Below are positions 18,982 to 28,317 of a stretch of DNA of 64,000 nt, piece by piece; the stretch's first letter is position 1; every line of letters starts with the position of its first letter. Made by a program: the position numbers and the translations under genes. The notes beneath the pieces are model-generated. The model ran no database searches and was not told the origin of the DNA. It was given only the letters and a program-made list of their open reading frames with translations. Source of the stretch: an uncultured archaeon (GTDB lineage: Archaea; Asgardarchaeota; Heimdallarchaeia; Heimdallarchaeales; Heimdallarchaeaceae); the NCBI GenBank assembly GCA_964549075.1, contig CAZJUB010000004.1, positions 1-64,000 on the forward strand, read 5' to 3'.

Positions 18982-19832
18982 TTGAAGGCAAATTTATGCA
19001 AATAGCCATAGTATCAGGCAAAGGTGGTACTGGAAAGACTACTGTTGCTGTAAGTCTAGCTTTATCTATAAAGGATACTCATCTTCTAGATGCCGATGTT
19101 GATGAACCTAATTGTGCGTTGTTTTTAGGATTAGAGACAAAAAAAGTTGGTTCAAGTGAGATTCTGATTCCTGTAATTGACAAACAAAAATGCACTCTTT
19201 GTGGAAAATGTAACGAGAGTTGTCAATATAATGCACTGATTAAACTACCAGAAGAAATTTTACTCTTTGAAAAAATGTGTCACGGATGTGGTGTTTGTTC
19301 ATTTGTGTGTCCTGAAGATGCAATCTCTGAAACTCCACGAGAAATAGGGAAAATATACGAGGGGAAGAACGACAACATTCTATTCCATTTTGGAGAGTTA
19401 ATTGTAGGTGAGGAACTTACTACTCCTGTGATTAGCAGATTAAAAGAGGAAATTAGAGATGGAAGTAAGTTTGTTGTAATTGATTCACCACCTGGTTCTG
19501 CTTGCTCTATGGTGGAAACAGTTTCTGATTCTGACTATATTATTCTAGTAGCTGAACCTACTCCTTTTGGACTCTCTGATATGAAGATCGTTGTTGACAC
19601 TCTTCGAGTCTTAAAAAAGCCATTTGGTGTAGTGATTAACAAACACGGTATTGGTGATGACAAATTAGAACAATTCTGTAGAGATGAACAAATTCCAGTT
19701 TTGATGAAGATCCCTTTTGATCTTGAAATCGCACATAACTATTCATCTGGTAAACCTTTAGTTGAAGCTTTTCCGAAATACAAAAACGAATTTCAAGTTC
19801 TTCAAACTAAGATTAAGGAGTTGATAAAATGA
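18978..19832 (+). CDS. MinD-superfamily P-loop ATPase with inserted 2x[4Fe-4S] ferredoxin domain
   Basis: SGKGGTGKTT, DADVDEPN, CTLCGKC...CHGCGVC...CP, DSPPG, EPTPFG. Confidence 0.92.
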   Translation: MIEGKFMQIAIVSGKGGTGKTTVAVSLALSIKDTHLLDADVDEPNCALFLGLETKKVGSSEILIPVIDKQKCTLCGKCNESCQYNALIKLPEEILLFEKMCHGCGVCSFVCPEDAISETPREIGKIYEGKNDNILFHFGELIVGEELTTPVISRLKEEIRDGSKFVVIDSPPGSACSMVETVSDSDYIILVAEPTPFGLSDMKIVVDTLRVLKKPFGVVINKHGIGDDKLEQFCRDEQIPVLMKIPFDLEIAHNYSSGKPLVEAFPKYKNEFQVLQTKIKELIK

Positions 19833-20728
19833 AAGAAGAAGATGTCAGACAAGTTACCATCATTTCTGGTAAAGGAGGAACCGGCAAAAGTTCATTGATT
19901 GCAGCTCTTGCTAGTTATCTTCAAGATCACATAATTCTTGCAGATGCAGATGTAGATGCAGCTGATCTTTATCTGATATTTACACCTTCAAAAACTGTAA
20001 GTTTTGATTATTATGGCTTACAGAAGGCTTTCATTGATGAAGAGAAATGCATAAAATGTGGAGATTGTAAAGCTTATTGCCGTTTTGATGCTATTACAGA
20101 CAATTTGACTGTCAATCCAACTAAATGTGAAGGATGTTCGCTTTGTTATCATGTTTGTTCTTTTGCTGCAATAACCATGAACGATGTTGTATCAGGTCAG
20201 TACTTTATCTCTAGTACAAGAATTGGTGAGATGGTTCACGCTAAATTAAATCCAGGGGAAGAAAGTTCTGGTTTACTAGTCGCAGAAGTACGTAAGACTG
20301 CAAAAACTGTTGCTGCTAAAAATAACAAACAGCTAGTGCTTATTGATGGCTCTCCTGGTATTGGTTGTCCTGTTATAAGCTCACTTACAGGAACTAACTT
20401 TGCAATTGTTGTAACTGAACCAACTCTCTCTGGTTATCACGATTTAGATAGAATACTTCAACTTCTTAAGCAATTTAAAATCCCAGGTTTTATTGTTATT
20501 AACAGATCAGATATTAACGAAGAGATAGCACGAAGTATCCAAGATGAGTTTCATGATACTTATCCTATTATAGGTAAAATCCCTTATAATTCAATTTTCG
20601 TGAAAGCTATGCTAGAGAAGAAATCGATAATGGAAATAAAATCAGAAGAAAAAGAAGATAAAGATATTCAATCTACAATAGAAAGATTTGGTGATCTTAT
20701 TCTCGAAAAATTATCGATAAAAGATTAA
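19829..20728 (+). CDS. MinD-superfamily P-loop ATPase with inserted ferredoxin domain (second paralog)
   Basis: SGKGGTGKSS, DADVDAADL, CIKCGDC...CEGCSLC, DGSPGIGCPVI, EPTLSG. Confidence 0.92.
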   Translation: MKEEDVRQVTIISGKGGTGKSSLIAALASYLQDHIILADADVDAADLYLIFTPSKTVSFDYYGLQKAFIDEEKCIKCGDCKAYCRFDAITDNLTVNPTKCEGCSLCYHVCSFAAITMNDVVSGQYFISSTRIGEMVHAKLNPGEESSGLLVAEVRKTAKTVAAKNNKQLVLIDGSPGIGCPVISSLTGTNFAIVVTEPTLSGYHDLDRILQLLKQFKIPGFIVINRSDINEEIARSIQDEFHDTYPIIGKIPYNSIFVKAMLEKKSIMEIKSEEKEDKDIQSTIERFGDLILEKLSIKD

Positions 20729-20758
20729 CTTTATAGGTTAGCTTTCTTCTGCTAGCTC

Positions 20759-21589
20759 ATGAACCACACTGAAGCATATTTTACAGGTGCTAAGAACTAC
20801 CAGATATTTTATCAGAGTTGGGTACCTGATAAACCAAAAGCTGTTGTTCAGATTATTCATGGTGCCTTTGAACATATAGGTAGATATCAACATTTAACAG
20901 ACTATTTAGTTTCTCGCAATATTGCAGTTTATGGCAATGATCATAGAGGACATGGTAAAAGTGAAGGGAGAAGAAATCATTGTGATAGTTTAGATGATTT
21001 AGTTGATGATTGTTACATATTAACTCAAATTATTCAAAAAGAGCAGAAAGGTGTGCCTATTTTTGTAGTAGGACACTCTATGGGATCATTTGTTGGACAA
21101 CGATTTGCTATCAAACATCAAGAGGATTTGAAAGGATTGGTTCTTTCTGGAACAGGTACTAAAATACCTCCATTACCACCTTTACTAATGATTATTGCAC
21201 GTATATTGGTGAAAATTTGGCCAACATTCAAAGGACCATCAGGACTTATTCCAGAGGAAATTTCTTCAGATCCAGAATCAGTAGAAAATTATGTCAATGA
21301 TCCATTAATTAACTATAAAGAAGCTTCAATTAAATATGGTTTGAATATGGTTTATAATTATAAAGACATAAAAAATAAGATGTCAACTATCAAAATACCT
21401 GTCTTAATCCAAAAAGGCGACCAAGACAAAATGGTTATACATCTAGATGAACTAATTGAAGATCTAAAACAAACTGATTTGACAGTGAAAATCTATAAAG
21501 ATTCAAAACATGAAGTATACACTGAAGTGAAAGCAAAAAGAGAGGAAGCTTTTTCCGATCTCTTTGAATGGATTAACTCTCATCTTTGA
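20759..21589 (+). CDS. Alpha/beta hydrolase (lysophospholipase/monoacylglycerol lipase-like)
   Basis: HGAFEHIGRY, DHRGHGKSEG, GHSMG nucleophile elbow, C-terminal HE. Confidence 0.92.
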   Translation: MNHTEAYFTGAKNYQIFYQSWVPDKPKAVVQIIHGAFEHIGRYQHLTDYLVSRNIAVYGNDHRGHGKSEGRRNHCDSLDDLVDDCYILTQIIQKEQKGVPIFVVGHSMGSFVGQRFAIKHQEDLKGLVLSGTGTKIPPLPPLLMIIARILVKIWPTFKGPSGLIPEEISSDPESVENYVNDPLINYKEASIKYGLNMVYNYKDIKNKMSTIKIPVLIQKGDQDKMVIHLDELIEDLKQTDLTVKIYKDSKHEVYTEVKAKREEAFSDLFEWINSHL

Positions 21590-22763
21590 TTGTTTCATCT
21601 TCAGGACTTGAGTATTCCTTTATAAGAAGACCATCACCAGCATTGATTTTTGCTTCATCTTTTGGAAAGAAGAAGTATTGTCCTTTCTTTCTAACTGCTA
21701 AAATTTGGAAGAAATCATCAGTATATTCAGCTTCTTTGACAGACAATCCGACGTAAGGAGAGTCTTTAGTAACTAGGATATAGTTTACAGCTTCTGAAGA
21801 ATCATCAACTACATCTTCCAGTAATTCATAAGGTTTATGTCTTTTAGTAACTCCAAAAGCGATTTTATTTGCTGCATCAGCTATTTCTTCAAATGAATCA
21901 GCCATTCTGAGATAACCCATTAGAGTACTATCTCCGATTTTATTTTGTTTATAGAGCTTTAATACTTCTTGAATTATCTCATATTGTAGTTTATCGACTC
22001 TATCTTCAGTCTGCATAATTAGATTTTTCACGTTTGGTAAATCTTCTAATGCAAAAAGATATGCTAAATCAACAATTAGCTCAGAAGATTCTTTCATTGT
22101 AACAAGTAAATCTTGATGATACTTCAGTTTCTCTACTTCTATCTTTCTAGTATCATCGATAATATTTTCTCGGGCTTTATCTACTGAATCAACTCTACCG
22201 TTAGCTAATTCTATAAATTGGTTAACATTTTCTAAAGGTCCTCTAAAAATCAGTAAATCACCACACTTCATGATTTCTTTATAATCCAGTAAAAGACCTT
22301 CATTAGGTCGAATTATAGCAGCTACATCTACTCCTAACTTATCGTGAATATCAGCTGTAAGCTCCGAAGTACCACAAAGAGGAGATTGTGCTTTTAATTC
22401 AACTAAATCTACTAATTGATCTAAATGCTGTTGAACTATTTTTATTTCATCTTCGATATGTATGTCCATTAGAACCAAAGAAGCTATGTCAGCTGCACTA
22501 TCTGAGATAAGATTATTTGCTTCTCCTATAATATAATAGATTCGCAACTCTTCTGCTTGATTCAAACTTTTAATCGAGACGGATAGTCTATCGAGAAGGT
22601 TTTTGTATAGACTATCGATTTTTTCTTCTAAAACAAGCACTTGTTTTGCTAATAATTTATCTGAATATAGAAGTGATGCAAAAGCTAAATCAACGCAAAT
22701 TTCTGAGAGCGTTTTCATTTCAATTAAAATATCTTTTACACTTATAGGTTCATTGTCGCTCAT
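21573..22763 (-). CDS. Tandem PhoU-like/TrkA_C (RCK-C) domain protein
   Basis: Two repeats of MK..SE..VDLA...E.I.D.A..IA, each followed by an RCK-C-like segment (SP..G, LAVRK, GD). Confidence 0.75.
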   Translation of the reverse strand: MSDNEPISVKDILIEMKTLSEICVDLAFASLLYSDKLLAKQVLVLEEKIDSLYKNLLDRLSVSIKSLNQAEELRIYYIIGEANNLISDSAADIASLVLMDIHIEDEIKIVQQHLDQLVDLVELKAQSPLCGTSELTADIHDKLGVDVAAIIRPNEGLLLDYKEIMKCGDLLIFRGPLENVNQFIELANGRVDSVDKARENIIDDTRKIEVEKLKYHQDLLVTMKESSELIVDLAYLFALEDLPNVKNLIMQTEDRVDKLQYEIIQEVLKLYKQNKIGDSTLMGYLRMADSFEEIADAANKIAFGVTKRHKPYELLEDVVDDSSEAVNYILVTKDSPYVGLSVKEAEYTDDFFQILAVRKKGQYFFFPKDEAKINAGDGLLIKEYSSPEDETIKDES

Positions 22764-22870
22764 TTCTGATCGAACACTCTTTCATAGATTTATTTCCTCA
22801 ATCAAATATCAAGTTTTCGCTTTTAGAGGAAGAAGATAAAGACTTAAAACGAGAAATAAATAGTGTTGTT

Positions 22871-23287
22871 ATGTATAATCAAGAAGAAGAGAAAAGGGGG
22901 ATTTACTTCGAGAAAAATGAAGTACTTTCTCTTATTGGTATTTTCTTTCTTGGTTTTTCTACTGCAATGTTTCACCTTATGCGCCAATTTGGCTAGCAAG
23001 AATCTTTGAAGTCGATTCTTATTAATATTAGGTTTTGCAGCTATAATTCCTAATTTTATAATCATAATAGGTACAACTGTATAGGGAATTGCAGTTGATA
23101 GATTTGGTAACAAACCCTTTGTGCTAACTGGGTTATTAGGTTCAGCTATTATGTACTTTACTCTTTTATTTATCAATAAAGCTGTTGTTAGGTTATGCCA
23201 ATATTTGCAATGATAACCTCGATTTTTCCATTATTATTTTCAGGAGTGTTATTCATTTATCTGACAAAGAAAAAAGTATTGTTCTGA
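22871..23287 (+). pseudogene. Remnant of an MFS transporter gene (frameshifts, nonsense codon, large internal deletion)
   Basis: Spliced frames read MYNQ...LIGIFFLGFSTAMF / PYAPIWLARIF / LILGFAAIIPNFIIIIGTTV*GIAVDRFGNKPF... / VMPIFAMITSIFPLLFSGVLFIYLTKKKVLF*. Confidence 0.7.
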
Positions 23288-23312
23288 AAAAATTTAAGAG
23301 GTATAAAAATTA

Positions 23313-23352
23313 CTGGTCATTAGTGACCAGCAGTTTAAAATCAAGTGACCAA
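23313..23352. promoter_or_regulatory. Inverted repeat CTGGTCA-N4-TGACCAG plus an extra half-site; candidate operator
   Basis: Repeat at 23313-23330 and TGACCAA at 23346-23352, upstream of the operon ending in a wHTH gene. Confidence 0.55.
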
Positions 23353-23392
23353 TCATAATTATAAATAGAAAACACAAAGAGGTTTAAAAAAA

Positions 23393-23734
23393 ATGAATAT
23401 TGATGAACTCGGAGAAAAACTTGGTGAAGAAATCGAGAAAAAAATTAAGAAGGAAAAGAAAGATAAAGAAGATCCTGAAGAGATAAGAGAAATTCTCTCG
23501 GTTGTAGGTTCTGAAGTTCCTGCATTAATCAAGAACATTTTCACTGCATTGTATGATCCTGAAATTGCTTCAAATTATGGAAAAGGTATAGTAGCCTTAT
23601 ATGAACAATTGAAAGATAAAGGTATACCAGAGGATATGCTTAAAGAAATTGTTATGAATTTCTCTAAATCATTTGATGTTGTCGGTAAAGCAATGAAAAA
23701 TATCAATGTCGATAGAAAAGATGAAGACGATTAG
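23393..23734 (+). CDS. Uncharacterised small helical protein
   Basis: EVPALIKNIFTALYDPE...GIPE pattern; first gene of a 3-gene run. Confidence 0.7.
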   Translation: MNIDELGEKLGEEIEKKIKKEKKDKEDPEEIREILSVVGSEVPALIKNIFTALYDPEIASNYGKGIVALYEQLKDKGIPEDMLKEIVMNFSKSFDVVGKAMKNINVDRKDEDD

Positions 23735-23755
23735 AAATAGCAGTAAGGTGTAATA

Positions 23756-24070
23756 ATGTCAAGTAAATTTTGGAATGTTCTTGTGATTACCTATTACATC
23801 TCTTATCTATTTCTAATTATACCTCCTTTAGCTTTATATTATCTTTTTGCAAATGGGTACAGAAGAAGAAGAAATAAGAGAACTGTAAGTAAAATTCTTA
23901 AAAAAGGAGGATTACCTAAAGAGCTCCAAAAAGGGATTAGACAATCATATAGGGATCAGCTTAAAACTTTTAAAATAATTAACTTGGTCAAAAATAGCAA
24001 GGGGATAAAAGGCTCTAAAGATGAGGATAAAACTAATTTCGCTGGTTTTTTTAAATTCACAACGTCATAA
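23756..24070 (+). CDS. Small membrane protein with basic cytoplasmic tail
   Basis: N-terminal hydrophobic helix followed by RRRRNKR and LKKGGLPKEL; GGTG RBS upstream. Confidence 0.7.
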   Translation: MSSKFWNVLVITYYISYLFLIIPPLALYYLFANGYRRRRNKRTVSKILKKGGLPKELQKGIRQSYRDQLKTFKIINLVKNSKGIKGSKDEDKTNFAGFFKFTTS

Positions 24071-24550
24071 GTGATTTCTATGTCTGAGGATGAACAAAAT
24101 TTGGAGGAAAGAATTGCAGATTTAGAGGAAAAGATAAACTATGTTATCCTTCAGATTAACAATCTTCAACATAAAGTTTCAGATAGTAATCCTGAATTAA
24201 AACAGATGATGAATCTATTACAAATATTAACTTCAACACTTCAGATTTCTAAAGCTCCTTTCACCATACTTAATCAAACTTTTTCTTTAAATGAGCGGAT
24301 ACACCAAAGATTCCCGGAACTCAAATATGACAATATTTCCAAAGTTATTGTAGATATTCTAGGTAAAAAAGGTAATTTGAACATTTCACAGCTAACTGAA
24401 CAAGTTCGAAAAGAAAGAGGTTCTGCTTCTAGAAGGATAGTAAGAGAGAGAGTGGACATACTTATAGATTCAGGAATTATCCGTGAAGTTGATCATGGTT
24501 ATGGAAGACAGATTGAACTTATAGAACCTGAGGAAGAAGGAGAAGAATAG
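24071..24550 (+). CDS. Coiled-coil plus winged-HTH transcriptional regulator
   Basis: N-terminal heptads; IVDILG...NISQLTEQVRKERGSASRRIVRERV..L...GII; likely start ATG 24080. Confidence 0.8.
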   Translation: MISMSEDEQNLEERIADLEEKINYVILQINNLQHKVSDSNPELKQMMNLLQILTSTLQISKAPFTILNQTFSLNERIHQRFPELKYDNISKVIVDILGKKGNLNISQLTEQVRKERGSASRRIVRERVDILIDSGIIREVDHGYGRQIELIEPEEEGEE

Positions 24551-24553
24551 AGA

Positions 24554-25504
24554 TTATTTCCAAACATTCTTCATAACTCGCAGAAAATTTTTATGTGTGA
24601 TTTTTTCAAGATCTTGTTTACTATATCCATTATTCTCTAAGTGGTCTAATAGAACTGGAAAATAACTAACATCTTTGACTACTTCTGGTACTGTTGCACC
24701 ATCATAATCTGAACCAAAGCTCATGTGATTTATCCCTACTAAATCGACTATATGATCAATATGCTTTCTCATATCTTCAAGTTCAATTTCTTCAGGTTTT
24801 TTTTCTGAATGCAAAAACGATACACAGAAGTTCAATCCTATAGTACCATCTTTTTCAGCAATTGCTTGGATTTGGTCATCCTTCAAATTACGAAAATGTG
24901 AACAAATTGCAAAAGTATTACTATGCGAAGCTATAATAGGTTTCTTTGTTGTTTCAATTACATCCCAGAAAGATTTTTCGTTTAAATGACTCACATCAAT
25001 TATGATTCCTAATCTATTCATTTCCTCAACTAAATCTCTTCCTTCATCAGTTAAACCTCGTTCTAAATTAAATCCTTCACCTGTTCTAGGATTGAAAGTG
25101 ACACCTGTAGCAAAACGATTCACATTAGACCAACTCAAACCTATACTTCTTAAACCAACTCTATAATAATTACGTAAAGCCATTAAACTAGAATCTAATC
25201 CTCCTGAACCTTCAAAATGAAGAATAGCACCAACTTTATTTTCTTCTATACTTTTTTTAAAGTCTTCAACTTTCTTGATATGCATAAGTTGGTTATCTGG
25301 ATTTTCTATAAGTTTAAACCATTGATCAATACCTCTTAAAATATCAAAATCACTCCAACTTGGAAAAATTGCAAAAAACGCTGCTTCAACTCCACCTTTT
25401 TTCATACGTGGTAGATCAACATGTCCTCTATCAGATTCATTCGCAAATGTACGCATTTCTCTCATTAATGCCCATAATACGTCTGTGTGTCCATCGATAA
25501 TCAT
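24554..25504 (-). CDS. Membrane dipeptidase family (peptidase M19)
   Basis: IDGHTD, HVDLPRMKKGG, IDVSHLN, ASHSN, RNL.D, GSDYDG. Confidence 0.93.
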   Translation of the reverse strand: MIIDGHTDVLWALMREMRTFANESDRGHVDLPRMKKGGVEAAFFAIFPSWSDFDILRGIDQWFKLIENPDNQLMHIKKVEDFKKSIEENKVGAILHFEGSGGLDSSLMALRNYYRVGLRSIGLSWSNVNRFATGVTFNPRTGEGFNLERGLTDEGRDLVEEMNRLGIIIDVSHLNEKSFWDVIETTKKPIIASHSNTFAICSHFRNLKDDQIQAIAEKDGTIGLNFCVSFLHSEKKPEEIELEDMRKHIDHIVDLVGINHMSFGSDYDGATVPEVVKDVSYFPVLLDHLENNGYSKQDLEKITHKNFLRVMKNVWK

Positions 25505-25548
25505 TCAAAAATAGGTTAAACAATTTAATTAAAAACTTTCTTGATAAC

Positions 25549-26379
25549 TTAGAACAATCCTAGCCTTTTTAGTACGTATAGGACTGATAAAGTAGTAGCT
25601 ACATCAAATTCTTCTCCATCTTCAGAATCCCATCTTCCATCACTTAACTGTCTTTGCGCGAGGACATCTATAAGTTTAGAAACCCACTCATGATTAAGAA
25701 GATTTGCGTTGATAAAACTTTCAATCATCCAAACTATTGAAGAAGACGGGTAATTTTCTAGTTGGAAAGTATGAAGCATTTCCAGCCCTCTTCGGGAAAT
25801 ACTGTCCTCTTTTCCCTTGATTTTAATAAAGGAAGGAATCGCATTCCACAAAGCATGTGAGTAACTTTTAAATCCAGTATCATCCCTCCAGTTTCGTGAT
25901 AAATAAACGATACAATTTTCAATAATTCCAGCATATTTTTTATCTTTCAAACCAATTAAGAAATTCAAAACAATAGATGTACAATAAATCTGATTTGGTT
26001 TGGTTCCAGGTGTTTCCCAAGGTTCATAATCGAAATTTTTTATACTAATAGGTTCTTCAAAAAATCCTTCTTCATTCTGATTCTGGAGGAGGAAATGAAC
26101 AGCCTTATCAAGAAATTCTTTAACTATCTCTGTTTTTTCAAGTATCAGAAAATCCTTGAAAAAAGTTATCGTTGGACCTATAGTACTAATACTATCTTTT
26201 CTCATCTTAAAAGGGATTCCACCATCAGAATTTTGTAATGTTAGATATTCAGCAAGTTTATTCATCGTATTGGAATTTTCATTCAATAAAAGAGATAGTT
26301 TGAGTTTATCTATGTCTTTCCCCTTTTCTCTGATAAAATAGATTGCTTTATCAATATCGAAAGAAACCTCTTGCATCAA
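25549..26379 (-). CDS. Prenyltransferase/squalene-oxidase repeat (alpha/alpha toroid) protein
   Basis: QNSDGG, QNEEGFF and QLSDGRW repeats. Confidence 0.7.
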   Translation of the reverse strand: MMQEVSFDIDKAIYFIREKGKDIDKLKLSLLLNENSNTMNKLAEYLTLQNSDGGIPFKMRKDSISTIGPTITFFKDFLILEKTEIVKEFLDKAVHFLLQNQNEEGFFEEPISIKNFDYEPWETPGTKPNQIYCTSIVLNFLIGLKDKKYAGIIENCIVYLSRNWRDDTGFKSYSHALWNAIPSFIKIKGKEDSISRRGLEMLHTFQLENYPSSSIVWMIESFINANLLNHEWVSKLIDVLAQRQLSDGRWDSEDGEEFDVATTLSVLYVLKRLGLF

Positions 26380-26423
26380 TAAATATAAACAACAATAGTT
26401 CTTAAACCTAATGTGAATTTACA

Positions 26424-27152
26424 TCAGTTGAGTTTCAATTTCTTTAACATTTTTTCTGCTGCTTCTTTTTTTGCAGCTTTTCGATTTTGTCCTTTCCCAA
26501 TAGTACTGATGGTTTTATCTTCAATTATGACTTTACATTCCATATGGAAAACTGGTTCATGATCACTTCCTCCTTTTTTGATCAAACTATATTCGGGAAG
26601 ATCAAGATCTTCTTTTTGAAAAAATTCTTGTAATATATTTATGGGATTTTTTTCGCAAATAGTGAGTTTCAGAATCTTTTCTCTTCCTTCTTCGTTTTTC
26701 AAATCTTCTTTAAACTGATGAAGATTTTTCTGAAAGATTCTTCTGAAAAACTCTCTAGCTACATCAAGTCCTTCAGAAAGATAGAAAGCGCCAAAAATTG
26801 CTTCTACTACATCCTCTAAATCTGTTTCTGCTACTTGATACTTTGATTCTGTTCTAAGATATTTTGCTATTTTCAAATCTTTTCCTACTTCTGCAAGAGC
26901 ATTTGTTCTTACTAATAATGATCGAAGTTGAGACATCAAACCCACTTCCTCATCAGTTTCTTTAAATAGCCATTCTGCTGATAATAAATCTAATACAGCA
27001 TCACCTAAAAATTCAAGTCTTTCAAAATCTTTAGCATCTGGATGTTCTGCTTTTAGATTTGGATGAGTAAATGCTTCTAGCAGTAGATCTTTATTTATTT
27101 TCCAGTCCAAAATTATTCCATTTTTAAAATCTATTTTATTGGTTTTAGACAT
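26424..27152 (-). CDS. rnc: Ribonuclease III with C-terminal dsRBD
   Basis: AFTHP, ERLEFLGDAVL, DVVEAIFGA; dsRBD NPINILQE...G.G..RKAAKKEAA. Confidence 0.93.
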   Translation of the reverse strand: MSKTNKIDFKNGIILDWKINKDLLLEAFTHPNLKAEHPDAKDFERLEFLGDAVLDLLSAEWLFKETDEEVGLMSQLRSLLVRTNALAEVGKDLKIAKYLRTESKYQVAETDLEDVVEAIFGAFYLSEGLDVAREFFRRIFQKNLHQFKEDLKNEEGREKILKLTICEKNPINILQEFFQKEDLDLPEYSLIKKGGSDHEPVFHMECKVIIEDKTISTIGKGQNRKAAKKEAAEKMLKKLKLN

Positions 27153-27206
27153 GTTGAGAAATTATCTATAATAGAGTTTTTAAATTCATTCATAAGTAGT
27201 AGTAAA

Positions 27207-27659
27207 ATGGAGTATTATAATCCAATAACTGAATTAGAATGGGCATATGGCACTTGGGGAGGTAAAATACTTGTTGAAGATAAAGAACAAGAATCTCATT
27301 TAATAATCAGTTCCATAGGTTCAGGAATTATTGAATTTAATCTAACAACGAGTAAAAATGATATTAAGTATCAACTTGAAAAAAATATATTTTTCTATGA
27401 TAAAACAAATGAAATAGCCAAACTCTTTTCTTTTAATTCAGAAGGTTATATCGAATTCTCTGACATTTCAATTAAAAGTAAAAATAAGCAAACAGAGATT
27501 CTAAGTAATTTTTATTCAGGATATAACTTACCTCCAAACATCAAAATAACAAAAAAATGGCGTTTCTTTAAAAATCCTAAACAATTATTCTGTGAAGTTA
27601 AAATGGGAAAAGAAGAAAAAACAGTTGTATCAGCAGAATTACGTTTTTTAGGAAGATAA
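27207..27659 (+). CDS. Hypothetical protein (possibly a small beta-barrel)
   Basis: 150-aa ORF beginning LEWAYGTWGG, reminiscent of lipocalin/calycin-like GxW starts. Confidence 0.6.
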   Translation: MEYYNPITELEWAYGTWGGKILVEDKEQESHLIISSIGSGIIEFNLTTSKNDIKYQLEKNIFFYDKTNEIAKLFSFNSEGYIEFSDISIKSKNKQTEILSNFYSGYNLPPNIKITKKWRFFKNPKQLFCEVKMGKEEKTVVSAELRFLGR

Positions 27660-27751
27660 ATCTATTTAAATTTCTTAATGAATAGGTAAGTTTGCATTGA
27701 AATAATCATAAAGATTATTAGAGTTGAATACATATTAAAACTTGATAACGA

Positions 27752-28243
27752 TTGCCTAGAGATTTCAAATTATTTTATGGAGAAAAAGTGCCTGATGAGA
27801 TATCAGACCATGTTGAAAGGCACTTAAACGACACTTTTGGAATTCATTTTAGGTCAGTCGGACTTCGATTACCCAGTCAAATTTCTTGGGTTGCTACGGC
27901 TAATGCTTATGATGCAAAAAGCTTAATTGCTAATATTAATGCAGATAGAATCAACTTCTGTATGTGGCTGATTGCTTATCCTATTGTAGTGAATGGAAAA
28001 TCTGTCTTCGGATATGCTGAACCTCTTAATGGTGCTGTTATCTCTACCACAAAAATGGCTACAAGAACTTTAATTGCTAAAGAAGTTGCTCATTTTGTTG
28101 GTATTGTCTTAGGGTTAACCAATTGTAAGAATAATTGTTTAATGACAGAAACTGAAAGTTTTGAAAGGTTGGTTCAAAAGCCTTCTTATTTATGTGATTC
28201 ATGTAAAATTAGATTTCAGAAACTTAAAATTAGGTATATGTAA
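27752..28243 (+). CDS. Archaemetzincin-like protein with degenerate catalytic motif
   Basis: VFGYA, AVIST, KEVAHFVGIVLGLTNC.N.CLM...K...LCDSC; Cys4 site retained but HExxHxxGxxH lost. Confidence 0.75.
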   Translation: MPRDFKLFYGEKVPDEISDHVERHLNDTFGIHFRSVGLRLPSQISWVATANAYDAKSLIANINADRINFCMWLIAYPIVVNGKSVFGYAEPLNGAVISTTKMATRTLIAKEVAHFVGIVLGLTNCKNNCLMTETESFERLVQKPSYLCDSCKIRFQKLKIRYM

Positions 28244-28317
28244 TCTGCCATACTTGATGTACCAAAGTTTTTGAATAATATCTTTATCTTAAAATTAAAG
28301 CTATTCAGGAGAAAGTA

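Noticed and set aside
18296-20728. Nitrogen fixation cluster suggested by NifX-like proteins and P-loop ATPases
   Set aside because: No nifH/D/K; the ATPases are MinD-type with ferredoxin inserts, a cluster common in non-diazotrophs
22844-23176. 110-aa minus-strand ORF from the ORF track
   Set aside because: Antisense shadow of the plus-strand MFS remnant
25549-26379. Squalene/hopene cyclase or protein prenyltransferase
   Set aside because: Only 276 aa with QxxDG repeats; no DxDD motif or second domain, so only a fold-level call is supported
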